This document shows, one piece after another, positions 52,654 through 62,531 of a DNA stretch of 64,000 nt. Source of the stretch: a bacterium (lineage in GTDB: Bacteria > Hinthialibacterota > Hinthialibacteria > Hinthialibacterales > Hinthialibacteraceae); NCBI GenBank assembly GCA_963663405.2, contig CAXXSM010000076.1:112779-176778 (forward strand), given 5' to 3'. The translations under genes and the position numbers were made by a program. Under the pieces are notes generated by a model that saw only the letters and a program-made list of their open reading frames with translations, searched no databases and was not told the DNA's origin. The first letter of the stretch is position 1, and every line of letters begins with the position of its first letter.

Positions 52654-53640
52654 ATGACTCGCAGTAATCTCATTTCAATTGCATTTTTTGCCGCCCTAAT
52701 GGCAGTGGCTCCGTTTCTCGTTGGAACAGGAAGTTACTGGATTACGGTGTTTATTTTTATTGGCATCTATTCCATTGTCACCATTGGATTGAGCCTTCTT
52801 ATGGGGTACGCGGGGCAGATCTCATTGGGGCACGGTGCGTTTTTCGGCCTGGGCGCGTACGCGTCGGGTTTATTGACGACTCAACTTCATTGGAATCCCT
52901 GGCTGGCCATTCTTGCCGCGATGGTCATCACATCCATCGCTGCTCTTCTTGTAGGGGCGCCTACATTGCGGTTGAGTGGGCATTACCTCGCGATGGCCAC
53001 GCTTGCGCTGGGGGAGATCATTGTAATTTTCTTTACGGCGGAAATCGATCTCACCGGCGGCCCATCCGGTTTTGGCGGCATTCCCCGTTTATCACTCTTC
53101 CATTTTACCTATCAGGATGAGATCTATTCGTTTACACTGCGGAGCGATCTGGTCTATTACTATTTCGTATGGATCGTCGTGACGGTCGTTCTTCTCCTCG
53201 CTTTGAATATTATCCATTCCCGTGTGGGGAGAGCGCTGCGATCGATCCACGGTGGTGAACGGGCCGCGAATGCGATGGGCGTCAATACCGCCGCCTATAA
53301 GTTACAAGTATTTGTGCTCAGCGCCGCCTTGGCCTCCCTGGCGGGCAGTCTCTACGCGCATTATGTGACGTTTATTAGCCCAACGGCGTGCAGCCTTAAA
53401 TTCTCTGTTATGCTGGTCGTCATGGTGGCGGCGGGCGGGATGAACAGCGTCTGGGGCGCCATCGCGGGCGCCGCGTTGCTGACATCGCTGCCTAAATTCC
53501 TGGGTGTGTTTGAAGATCTCGATTTTTTAATCTTCGGACTCATATTGATGTTGATTATGATTTTCATGCCTAGCGGGATAGTCGGTGGATTGAATACTCT
53601 TTGGCGCTATGCAATGAAAACATTCGGTAAGAAGGAATGA
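52654..53640 (+). CDS. livM: Liv-type ABC permease
   Basis: GYAGQISLGH, LRLSGHYLAMATL, SRVGRAL. Confidence 0.9.
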   Translation: MTRSNLISIAFFAALMAVAPFLVGTGSYWITVFIFIGIYSIVTIGLSLLMGYAGQISLGHGAFFGLGAYASGLLTTQLHWNPWLAILAAMVITSIAALLVGAPTLRLSGHYLAMATLALGEIIVIFFTAEIDLTGGPSGFGGIPRLSLFHFTYQDEIYSFTLRSDLVYYYFVWIVVTVVLLLALNIIHSRVGRALRSIHGGERAANAMGVNTAAYKLQVFVLSAALASLAGSLYAHYVTFISPTACSLKFSVMLVVMVAAGGMNSVWGAIAGAALLTSLPKFLGVFEDLDFLIFGLILMLIMIFMPSGIVGGLNTLWRYAMKTFGKKE

Positions 53641-54420
53641 AAGCAGAACGGATGGACTCGCTACTTGAATTGACCAATCTAACACGCCGGTTCGGTGGCC
53701 TGACCGCCGTTTCCAGCGTTGACCTGCGCGTCCGTCCTGGAGCGATTCAAGCCGTCATCGGCCCAAATGGAGCGGGGAAGACAACCCTGTTTAATCTGAT
53801 CAGCGGCGAGCTGCCGCCCTCGGAAGGCCGCATTCAATTTGAAGATTCCGCCATTCATGGCCGGAAACCGCATGTCATCGCCGCGATGGGGATCTCCCGC
53901 ACCTTCCAAACCGCCGCGATCTTCCAGAACATGACGATTCAGGAGAACGTGATGATCGGTCGGCATACAAAATCGCGGGTGGGATTGTTTGGTGTGGCGT
54001 TGAAAACACCCCGAACCCGGCGTGAAGAAAAAACGATCCGCGGGGGACGCCGCCCGCTGGCTCGCGTTTACCGGCGTTGAAGAGCGATACGATTCGATGC
54101 CGAGTGAATTGCCGTTTGTTCTTCTACGGAAAGTGGAGATCGCCCGCGCGCTGGCGACGGAACCGCGATTGCTGCTTCTCGATGAACCGGCGGCGGGTCT
54201 CAACATGCGTGAAACGGCGGAGATGGGAGATCTGATCTGTAAAATCCGGGAACAGGGAATCACAGTACTTTTAATCGAACACGATATGTCGCTGATTATG
54301 GATATTTCTGATCAAGTCTGTGTTTTGAATTACGGCTCTAAAATCGCGGAGGGAACGCCGAGAGAGGTCCAAACCAACGAAGATGTGATCGCCGCCTATT
54401 TGGGGAAGGAGACCAATTAA
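53637..54420 (+). CDS. livG: Liv-type ABC ATPase, frameshift in G-run near 54044
   Basis: FGGLTAV, GPNGAGKT, RTFQ / LLLLDEPAAG, IEHDM, AAYLG. Confidence 0.88.
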
Positions 54421-54421
54421 C

Positions 54422-55156
54422 GTGCTCCGGATAACAAACCTTGTCACATCCATCGGGCGGGTGGAAATACTGAAGGGGATTTCTCTGCATGTGGGAGAAG
54501 GGGAGATCGTCACGCTGATCGGCGCGAATGGGGCGGGAAAAAGCACGTTGCTTAACACCATCGCCGGATTGCTGCCTTCGCGGGAGGGCCAGATTCAATT
54601 TGACGGCCATAACATCGCCCGTCTTTCCCCCGTGAAGATCGTCCGATTAGGGATCGCGTTGGTTCCGGAAGGGCGTCAGCTTTTTTCTTCGATGAGCGTG
54701 GAAGAAAATTTAATCCTGGGCGCGTATACGATGTACAGCCGTTCGGCGAAAGAGGTGGTGACGGAACAGATGGAATCTGTCTTGGAACTCTTTCCGATCC
54801 TGCGCAACCGCGCGCATCAACTGGCGGGAACGCTCAGCGGGGGCGAACAGCAGATGCTGGCGATCGCCCGCGCCCTCATGTCCAATCCAAAATTGATCCT
54901 GTTAGATGAGCCCTCGATGGGACTGGCGCCTAAGATTGTGGATGAGATTTTTCAAACGATGGCCGTCTTGCGGGAGCGGAATCTGACGGTAGCATTGATT
55001 GAACAGAATGCGCGCATGGCGCTCGATCTGGCTGACCGGGGATACGTAATCGAGACTGGACAGATCGTCATGGAAGGCGATTGCGACGATCTGAAACGAA
55101 ATCGCGAAGTCGAACGGGCTTACTTAGGAAAAGGCTATAAGGAAATTTGGGAGTAA
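54422..55156 (+). CDS. livF: Liv-type ABC ATPase
   Basis: GANGAGKST, VPEGR, LSGGEQQMLA, DEPSMGLAP. Confidence 0.92.
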   Translation: MLRITNLVTSIGRVEILKGISLHVGEGEIVTLIGANGAGKSTLLNTIAGLLPSREGQIQFDGHNIARLSPVKIVRLGIALVPEGRQLFSSMSVEENLILGAYTMYSRSAKEVVTEQMESVLELFPILRNRAHQLAGTLSGGEQQMLAIARALMSNPKLILLDEPSMGLAPKIVDEIFQTMAVLRERNLTVALIEQNARMALDLADRGYVIETGQIVMEGDCDDLKRNREVERAYLGKGYKEIWE

Positions 55157-55163
55157 TAGTCCC

Positions 55164-55193
55164 GTAGGGTGGATCGCGTCTTTATGAGGCGCC
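55164..55193 (+). repeat. Single GTAG-type REP-like copy
   Basis: gtagggtggatcgcgtctttatgaggcgcc, related to 14445-14518. Confidence 0.5.
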
Positions 55194-55252
55194 GTGTCTG
55201 CTCAACTTCGCTACATGACTGCATGTCAAATCTTTTTGGATAGGAGCGTATC

Positions 55253-56548
55253 ATGCCCATCCTTGACGCTAAACACGAATGCATGAGCCGTCCGGAACTC
55301 CGGCAACTCCAGTTGGAACGTCTGCAGGCCATGCTGAACCGCGCCGCACGCAATGTTACGTATTATAAAGAAGCCTTTGAGCGAATCGGCCGGCTGCCCA
55401 GTGATTTTCGGTCGTTGGATGATTTGTCTTTGCTGCCACCGATTGATCGGCAGACTCTAGCGGACAATCATCCCTATGGTATGTTCGCCGTACCCTTGCG
55501 GGAAGTGGTTCGCCTGCATCCGGCCCACTCTGGCCGCGGTGAGCCAATCGTTTTGGGGCATACGAGAAATGACGTCCATGTCTGGACTCATTTGAAAGCG
55601 CGGGGATTTGCCGCTGCGAAGATCACGGAAAACGATTTAGTGCAAGTGTACCTGGATCATATGCTGTTCCCCGGCGCTGTGGTCGCTCATTATGGTGTAG
55701 AGCAGTTGGGCGCGTGCGTAACTCCCCTTTTCAATATGCCGATCCAGGATCAAGTCAATATCATGATCAATTACCGGACCTCCGTGCTCGTCTGCGCGCC
55801 GACAAGGGTTGTCCATATCATCCGGTATTTACGTGAAAACCAGATCGATCCAAAAACATTGTTCCTGCGGACCGTCGTGATTGTCGGTCTCAGCTGGTCG
55901 GATCATACGCCGAAACAGATTGAAGAGCAATTGCAGACGGAAGTGTATGGCAACTATGGCGTGAATGAAATCTGTATCCCCGGCGTCGCCTTTGAATGCG
56001 AAGAAAAATGTGGACTGCACCTCAATGAGGATCATTTTCTCGCTGAAATCATCGATCCAGAAACCGGCGAAACGCTGCCTTCAGGCGAACGGGGCGAACT
56101 GGTTCTAACAACGCTGACGAAAGAGGCGTTTCCATTGATCCGGTTCCGCACCGGTGATATTACCGCGCTGACGGAAGAGCCGTGCGCGTGTGGGCGAACG
56201 TTCCTGCGTATGGAAACGGTGAACCGCCGTGTCGATAACCTTCTTGTCGTGGAAGGGGTCGAGTTCCTTCCTTCGGAAGTCGGTGTGGCGCTGAAGCGCG
56301 TCGGGCGCGTGTCGGCGGACTATCGGCTCATTATCCAGCGGGAAGGACTCCAGGACCGCCTTGAGGTGGAAGTCGAGATTCCCCCCAGCCTCTTCACGGA
56401 CACGATGGGGCCTTTGGAAGAACTGCGCGAACGCATCGAAGAAGAAATCTTCGAACGCTTACGGATCAAACCCATCATCAAACTGGTCGAACCGAAAAGC
56501 CTGGAAGGCAAAGAACCGGTTGTCGATCTCCGCAATACAAATTCTTAA
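55253..56548 (+). CDS. paaK: Phenylacetate-CoA ligase-like protein with divergent P-loop
   Basis: LQLERLQ, PYGMFAVP, EDHFLAEIIDP, GELVLTTLTKEAFPLIRFRTGD, CACGRT. Confidence 0.78.
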   Translation: MPILDAKHECMSRPELRQLQLERLQAMLNRAARNVTYYKEAFERIGRLPSDFRSLDDLSLLPPIDRQTLADNHPYGMFAVPLREVVRLHPAHSGRGEPIVLGHTRNDVHVWTHLKARGFAAAKITENDLVQVYLDHMLFPGAVVAHYGVEQLGACVTPLFNMPIQDQVNIMINYRTSVLVCAPTRVVHIIRYLRENQIDPKTLFLRTVVIVGLSWSDHTPKQIEEQLQTEVYGNYGVNEICIPGVAFECEEKCGLHLNEDHFLAEIIDPETGETLPSGERGELVLTTLTKEAFPLIRFRTGDITALTEEPCACGRTFLRMETVNRRVDNLLVVEGVEFLPSEVGVALKRVGRVSADYRLIIQREGLQDRLEVEVEIPPSLFTDTMGPLEELRERIEEEIFERLRIKPIIKLVEPKSLEGKEPVVDLRNTNS

Positions 56549-56576
56549 CCCTCTTACGCTTGATGATACGTCTTTT

Positions 56577-58616
56577 TTAATAAATCTCCCAATTTCGAAC
56601 AGGAACGGGCAGTTCCGGCTGTGCCAAAAGGAACTCGCGGCGGAGGCGGATGAAGGTTCGCATGGTTTCGGACGCGTCTTCTATTTGTTCCCGGCGGTCG
56701 TTTCTTTTTCTTCCGATGGTCTCTTCCAGGAGGGCCAAGTCTTGGAGGAGGAGTGTCTCGGTTGCGTTGATTGTGCCGATCATTCGTTCTTCGGAGAAAC
56801 GTCCATCAAGGGCTTCCCGGACGCGCCGTAGATACTCCGCATTCAATTCCGCGTCTTTGTGTACTGCTCTCGATACCGGTCCTGGTGTGCGCGCGGCCAA
56901 GTCGGCGCGGCCATCGAGTGGGAATGCAAGGGGCATCTCTACAAACATTGTGCTGTGGGGAGGATACCCGTCAGTGTAGCCGAAGGTTTTATCCAGGTCC
57001 CAGGGAACGCATTCCCATTTATCGACGGGCTGGGGGGAATGAACGAGAAACATATTGTTGAAAAATCCATCCCAGTTGCTCAGCAATACTCCAGCGACAG
57101 AATAGTTGATAACTTCATCCACATTAAGATAAAGACGCAGCGCGCGAGCGCTTTCATCACTGTCCGCGCTGTTGATGGTTCGGATGAATTCGTATAAATC
57201 TTCGTTTCCTTCATCAAGGTTGGTTTTCTTCGCGTAATGAATATTACTCATACCGGGTATGGAATTAGATTCATTGTAGGCGATTTTATAGATGTTGCTG
57301 TTGGGATCGCGGTTGTTTAGTTCGAGAAAACATTCGTTGGGTTGTTGTGTGACGGCCCGTTGGGTGTGCTCGCTTCCTTCGATCGCCCGATACCAATCGC
57401 AGCGGGGAGTCAACACATCGAAATCCTGGAAAATCCAGAGTCCCATCTGTTCGGTGTGGGAAGTCTGCGGACCGCCTGAATTGGGATGGGTCGACACTTC
57501 GGGGCCGATATTGATCGTACGGTCGCCCCGGTATTCTTCGCCTTTGAGAAACTTGACTTTCAATCCGCTGTTGTCAACAAGTGAGGATTCGATTCGCGTT
57601 CCGTCGTAGAGTTCTATGGTTTCCGATTCTACCGGCTTGACCGCGACGCCCCTGATGGCCATCGAATCAACATGAAGGCGTGTGAAGACATAAGGAAAAA
57701 TCCAGAGAATGGGCAGTAAGGAGGGGATTTCGTTGTCATACACAAAATAGGATTCAAAGGGCCGGGGCGCCATACGATCGGGAAGCCGTAAAGTCTTTCC
57801 ATCTACCCTCTCGATGTTGAAATTGAACCGGACCAGCGTCTGCGAGGGCTGCGGGGGGAGCGCCGCCTGGTATACCGCCGATTCTGGATTCTTACTGTTC
57901 AATTCCATCGGAATGCTCAAAGGGGATTCACTACTTGATAAAAAGACGGTCTCATACCGGAGTTCCACTTGTTGGATTGTGTCCGGTGTGTCTAAGGAGA
58001 CGTGGATTTCCACGTCATCAAGAGAGGTTGGATGTTCCGGCCGGATTTCGAAGGAGACGATCGCGGGCCGATCCAACGTATCGATGACGGTGTTTTCCGC
58101 TTGGGGGGAGCCACCGCTCCGGTTGCGGGAGGCTTTCCACGAATGATAATCATCGGAAGGTAAATCGGGAGAGATCCGTTCCAGCGAAGGGCCGTATCCA
58201 TCCGCCCCGCGCGGCCAAGGATCGAAATCACAATAGGTAAGCCGGTCGATTTCGTGTCCATCCGGCGAACGGAGGACAATCTCTTCGCCTTGGTCCGATA
58301 ATTTTCCTATATAGGGGCCCATTTTGATTCTACTGAACTGGTTCCAATGCGTGTCAGATGGATTCTTAACAACCAATAGATATCCTTGCGCAGGAATCGA
58401 AGAGCCTTCAGGAAAAGCATACTCTATCCCTTCAATAAACGCGTAACCGGATAGATCAATTGTGGATCGAGTGGGATTGTATAATTCTATAAATTCATAA
58501 AGACTTTCATCCGGTGGATTGTATTGAATTTCGTTGATCACAACGTGATCCACTGCGAAAGAAAGCAACGGTTCCATCATAATTAACAGCGCAATCGGCC
58601 ATCGATTGAAAGACAT
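56577..58616 (-). CDS. Secreted LTD + CotH kinase protein (tandem copy 1)
   Basis: VVINEIQYNP, SNWDGFFNN, PWDLDKTFG; ends PVRNWEIY. Confidence 0.85.
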   Translation of the reverse strand: MSFNRWPIALLIMMEPLLSFAVDHVVINEIQYNPPDESLYEFIELYNPTRSTIDLSGYAFIEGIEYAFPEGSSIPAQGYLLVVKNPSDTHWNQFSRIKMGPYIGKLSDQGEEIVLRSPDGHEIDRLTYCDFDPWPRGADGYGPSLERISPDLPSDDYHSWKASRNRSGGSPQAENTVIDTLDRPAIVSFEIRPEHPTSLDDVEIHVSLDTPDTIQQVELRYETVFLSSSESPLSIPMELNSKNPESAVYQAALPPQPSQTLVRFNFNIERVDGKTLRLPDRMAPRPFESYFVYDNEIPSLLPILWIFPYVFTRLHVDSMAIRGVAVKPVESETIELYDGTRIESSLVDNSGLKVKFLKGEEYRGDRTINIGPEVSTHPNSGGPQTSHTEQMGLWIFQDFDVLTPRCDWYRAIEGSEHTQRAVTQQPNECFLELNNRDPNSNIYKIAYNESNSIPGMSNIHYAKKTNLDEGNEDLYEFIRTINSADSDESARALRLYLNVDEVINYSVAGVLLSNWDGFFNNMFLVHSPQPVDKWECVPWDLDKTFGYTDGYPPHSTMFVEMPLAFPLDGRADLAARTPGPVSRAVHKDAELNAEYLRRVREALDGRFSEERMIGTINATETLLLQDLALLEETIGRKRNDRREQIEDASETMRTFIRLRREFLLAQPELPVPVRNWEIY

Positions 58617-58691
58617 ATATTTTGACTCCTAATAGTGAGTTTTCCTTTTGATGATTATATCGTATGGGAGAGGCGCGCTGAAATGGAATGA

Positions 58692-60725
58692 TTAGTAAAT
58701 CTCCCAATTTGATACGTGTACGGGGAACTGTGGTTGTTTTAAAAGGTATTCCCGGCGAAGACGGATAAACGTTCGCATGGATTCAGATGCGTTTTCGATT
58801 TGCTCCCGGCGATCGTTTCTTTTTCTTCCAATCGTCTCTTCCAGGAGCGCCAAATCTTGTAGAAGGAGTGCTTCGGTTTCATTTATTTGTTCGATTATAC
58901 GTTCTTCGGAGAAGCGTCCATTGAGCGCTTCCCAGACGCGTGTTAAGTATTCATCATTCAGTTCCGGATCTTTGTGAAGCGGTCCTGATATGGGGCCTGG
59001 GGCATTTGTCCAGGGGTGGCCTTCCTTAGGAAAAATGAGGAACATTTCCACGAGTGTTTTATTAACGGGTTTGTCTCCGTCTGTGTTTCCAAAGGTTTTA
59101 TCTAAATCCCAAGGAACGCATTCCCATCGATCGATGGGAGGGGGAGGGTGGACGAGAAACATATTATTGAAGAATCCATCCCAATTACTAAGCAAAACAC
59201 CTGCTACTGAATAGGATATGACTTTATCCAAATCAAGATATTTGCGAAGCGCCTGAGCGCTTTCTTCCCTGTTTACGTTATTGATCGCGTTGAAAAATTC
59301 ATATAAATCATCGTCTCCCTCATCAAGGTTTGTTTTCTTTGCATAATAAATCCGCTTCAGGCCGGGAAAGGGATGGGATTCGTTATACGCTATTTTATAG
59401 ATGTTGCTGTTGGGATCGCGGCCGTTCAGTTCGAGAAAGCGTTCGTTGGGTTGCTGAGTGATGGCCCGTTGAGTATATGCGCCGTCTTCGATTACGCGAT
59501 ACCAATCGCAGCGGGGAGCCAGTACACCGAAATCCCTAAAAATCCGAAATCCCATTTGTTCGACATGAGAGGTCTGAGGACCGCCTGAATTGGGATGGGT
59601 CGACACTTCAGGGCCGATGTTGATCGTCCGGTCACCCCGGTATTCTTCGCCTTTGAGAAACTTGACTTTCAATCCGCTGTTGTCAACGAGTGAGGATTCG
59701 ATCCGCGTTCCGTCGTAGAGTTCTATGGTTTCCGATTCTACCGGCTTGACCGCGACGCCCCTGATGGCCATCGAATCAACATGAAGGCGTGTGAAGACAT
59801 AAGGAAAAATCCAGAGAATGGGCAGTAAGGAGGGGATTTCGTTGTCATACACAAAATAGGATTCAAAGGGCCGGGGCGCCATACGATCGGGAAGCCGTAA
59901 AGTCTTTCCATCCACCCTCTCGATGTTGAAATTGAACCGGACCAGCGTCTGCGAGGGCTGCGGGTGGAGCGACGCCATGTATACCGCCGATTCTGGATTC
60001 TTACTGATTAAATCCATTGGAATGCTCAAAGGAGACTCACTACTTGATAAAAAGACGGTCTCATATCGGAGTTCCACTTGTTGGATTGTGTCCGGTGTGT
60101 CTAAGGAGACATGGATTTCCACGTCATCAAGAGAGGTTGGATGTTCCGGCCGGATTTCGAAGGAGACGATCGCGGGCCGATCCAACGTATCGATGACGGT
60201 GTTTTCCGCTAGGGGGGAGCCATCGTTCTGATTGCGGGAGGCTTTCCACGAATGATAATCATCGGAGGGTAAATCGGGAGAGATCCGTTCCAGCGATGAT
60301 CCGTATCCATCAGCCCCGCGCGGCCAAGGATCAAAATCGCTGTATGTAAGCCGGTCGATTTCGTATCCATCCGGTGAAAGGAGGACAATCTCTTCGCCGT
60401 GGTTTGATAACTTTCCAATATAGGGGCCCATTTTAATACCACTGAACTGGTTCCAATGTGTGTCAGATGGATTCTTGACAACCAATAGATATCCTTGCGC
60501 AGGAATCGAAGAGCCTTCAGGAAAAGCGAATTCGATCCCTTCAATAAACGCGTAACCGGAAAGATCAATTGTGGATTGAGTGGGATTGAATAATTCTATA
60601 AATTCATAAAGACTTTCATCCGGTGGATTGTATTGAATTTCGTTGATCACAACGTGATCCACTGCGAAAGAAAGCAGCGGTCTCATCATAATTAAAAGCG
60701 CGATCGGCCATCGATTGAAACACAT
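58692..60725 (-). CDS. Secreted LTD + CotH kinase protein (tandem copy 2)
   Basis: Near-identical N-terminal half to copy 1; ends HVSNWEIY. Confidence 0.85.
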   Translation of the reverse strand: MCFNRWPIALLIMMRPLLSFAVDHVVINEIQYNPPDESLYEFIELFNPTQSTIDLSGYAFIEGIEFAFPEGSSIPAQGYLLVVKNPSDTHWNQFSGIKMGPYIGKLSNHGEEIVLLSPDGYEIDRLTYSDFDPWPRGADGYGSSLERISPDLPSDDYHSWKASRNQNDGSPLAENTVIDTLDRPAIVSFEIRPEHPTSLDDVEIHVSLDTPDTIQQVELRYETVFLSSSESPLSIPMDLISKNPESAVYMASLHPQPSQTLVRFNFNIERVDGKTLRLPDRMAPRPFESYFVYDNEIPSLLPILWIFPYVFTRLHVDSMAIRGVAVKPVESETIELYDGTRIESSLVDNSGLKVKFLKGEEYRGDRTINIGPEVSTHPNSGGPQTSHVEQMGFRIFRDFGVLAPRCDWYRVIEDGAYTQRAITQQPNERFLELNGRDPNSNIYKIAYNESHPFPGLKRIYYAKKTNLDEGDDDLYEFFNAINNVNREESAQALRKYLDLDKVISYSVAGVLLSNWDGFFNNMFLVHPPPPIDRWECVPWDLDKTFGNTDGDKPVNKTLVEMFLIFPKEGHPWTNAPGPISGPLHKDPELNDEYLTRVWEALNGRFSEERIIEQINETEALLLQDLALLEETIGRKRNDRREQIENASESMRTFIRLRREYLLKQPQFPVHVSNWEIY

Positions 60726-60809
60726 AGAGTGTGACTCCCAATAGTATTTCCTTTTTAATGATTATATCGTATTAGAGAGGAACGCTGAAATGGAGTGGAT
60801 TTTTTTAAT

Positions 60810-62531
60810 ATGATTACGCGCCTATCTGGGAAACGAATCCTGAAGCCTGTTTTATTTACGATTATTGTCTTTGCTGGATTGTGGCTGCGGATGGATTCAT
60901 TGGATTGGGGATTGCCGTTCCGGCTGCATCCGGATGAATGGAAATACGTTGGGGGAGCGATCCGGTGTCATGAAGGGGATTGGAATCCAAAGTATTTCCG
61001 GAATCCTCCAGGTTTTACTTATTTAAACGCGCTCTGGTATCCCATTTGGCTGCCCATCTGTCCACGGATTCAACCGCCGGACTGGGTTGGCGCTGATCCA
61101 TATACACTGGCTCCAAGCGGTAATGTTCGAGTGACGGGAAACAACCGGCCGTTCGACTTAGTATTAGGAGGGCGGGTGTTGGCGGCCCTGATGGGAGTGT
61201 TGACAATTGTTGGGATCTACTTGATTGCGCGGGAACTAGGGGATGAGTGGATATCATGGGTGGCGGTTGCGCTGGCGGCGGTTTCGTTCGCGAACGTCAG
61301 GGAAAGCCATTTCGCCGTCAATGATACCTCCATGACGGCGCTGGTTACTTTCGCTCTATGGCTGGGAATCCAGGCGGCGGGGAGGCGTTCACGCTGGCGG
61401 TTTTATACCGCGATGGCAGTAGGAGGCGCAGCCGTCGCGTTTAAATACAGCGCGTTTCCCGTTCTGTTCGCTCTCCTTGTGATATGGAGCGTGATGGTTT
61501 TCCGCAATCGGAGTGATGAGGCAACCACAGATCATGGCCATATTCTTCTTAAAGCATTGTGGATTGATATCGCGCTGTCCATTGGACTCGCGGCGTGTTG
61601 CTTTCTTATAATTTGTCCTTTCCCGATTATCGATTCATCAACATTTTTCCATGAGATGAGTAAATTATCCAATGCGGCGGCGGAAGGATGGCCGGGGCAG
61701 GAGAAAGTCTGGTCGGGTTTATTACTGTTGAATGCGTTGTCAACCAGTGAAGGATGGCTATCGGTTTTATTTTCGATGATCGGTGTCTTCGCTCTGATAA
61801 AGCGGCGGTTGTGGGAGTATTTGATTTTTCCAGTTTGCTACCTGCTTTTAATTTGTATGAACACATTGTTCTTTATACGGTTTTCATTGCCTCTTCTTCC
61901 ATGGATTTCATTAACAGCGGCGGTGGGGATTGTTTTTTGTGTGAAGTATAGTAAGGAAAAACGATATCAGTTAATTGCGGCTATCACGCTTTGTGTTCTT
62001 TGCCTTATACAGCCTCTTTTAAGCGATCTCCGGATGAACGCCCTTCTTAAGGAAACAGACACACGGATCGAGTGTCTACGCTGGCTGCGGACGGAAGAAA
62101 ATTCACAGGTTATTATCGCGTCGGATCAATACGGATTGCCGATTCCCTACCGGACGAAATCCAAAGTTTGGTCGAGTCTGATTGATCCACGAGTGGGACA
62201 GATCGATTCGGTTAAGAGGGACGAATTGCTGAATTATAAGGAATTAAACAATCCGCCTGTTGGGATCGTTCTGTTCAGTTCCTTCGCGGCTTTTCCTGGT
62301 TTGGTCGATGAGACGTATGAAGAACGGCGGGAAACGATCATTCAATTCACTGGATCGGATACGCCATCCAAGGTCTTTCACGCTTTCACAGGAGACTGGA
62401 CGCCTGCTCCGGCGGATGTGGAGGATACCTATATACCTGTTACGGATTTATGGAGCCGGACGCGCCCCGGCCCGACGATTGAAGTCTTTCGAGTTGTTGA
62501 ACCTTCTGATGGATCGAAATCAAATCCTTGA
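60810..62531 (+). CDS. GT-C membrane glycosyltransferase (PMT/ArnT-like, GT39/GT83)
   Basis: First TM followed by HPDE motif, many TM helices, AVAFKY. Confidence 0.8.
   Translation: MITRLSGKRILKPVLFTIIVFAGLWLRMDSLDWGLPFRLHPDEWKYVGGAIRCHEGDWNPKYFRNPPGFTYLNALWYPIWLPICPRIQPPDWVGADPYTLAPSGNVRVTGNNRPFDLVLGGRVLAALMGVLTIVGIYLIARELGDEWISWVAVALAAVSFANVRESHFAVNDTSMTALVTFALWLGIQAAGRRSRWRFYTAMAVGGAAVAFKYSAFPVLFALLVIWSVMVFRNRSDEATTDHGHILLKALWIDIALSIGLAACCFLIICPFPIIDSSTFFHEMSKLSNAAAEGWPGQEKVWSGLLLLNALSTSEGWLSVLFSMIGVFALIKRRLWEYLIFPVCYLLLICMNTLFFIRFSLPLLPWISLTAAVGIVFCVKYSKEKRYQLIAAITLCVLCLIQPLLSDLRMNALLKETDTRIECLRWLRTEENSQVIIASDQYGLPIPYRTKSKVWSSLIDPRVGQIDSVKRDELLNYKELNNPPVGIVLFSSFAAFPGLVDETYEERRETIIQFTGSDTPSKVFHAFTGDWTPAPADVEDTYIPVTDLWSRTRPGPTIEVFRVVEPSDGSKSNP

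Noticed and set aside
56577-60725. Paralogue pairs (CotH, pilins) as DGR template/variable repeats
   Set aside because: No reverse transcriptase in the window, both copies are full genes, and the differences are not adenine-specific.
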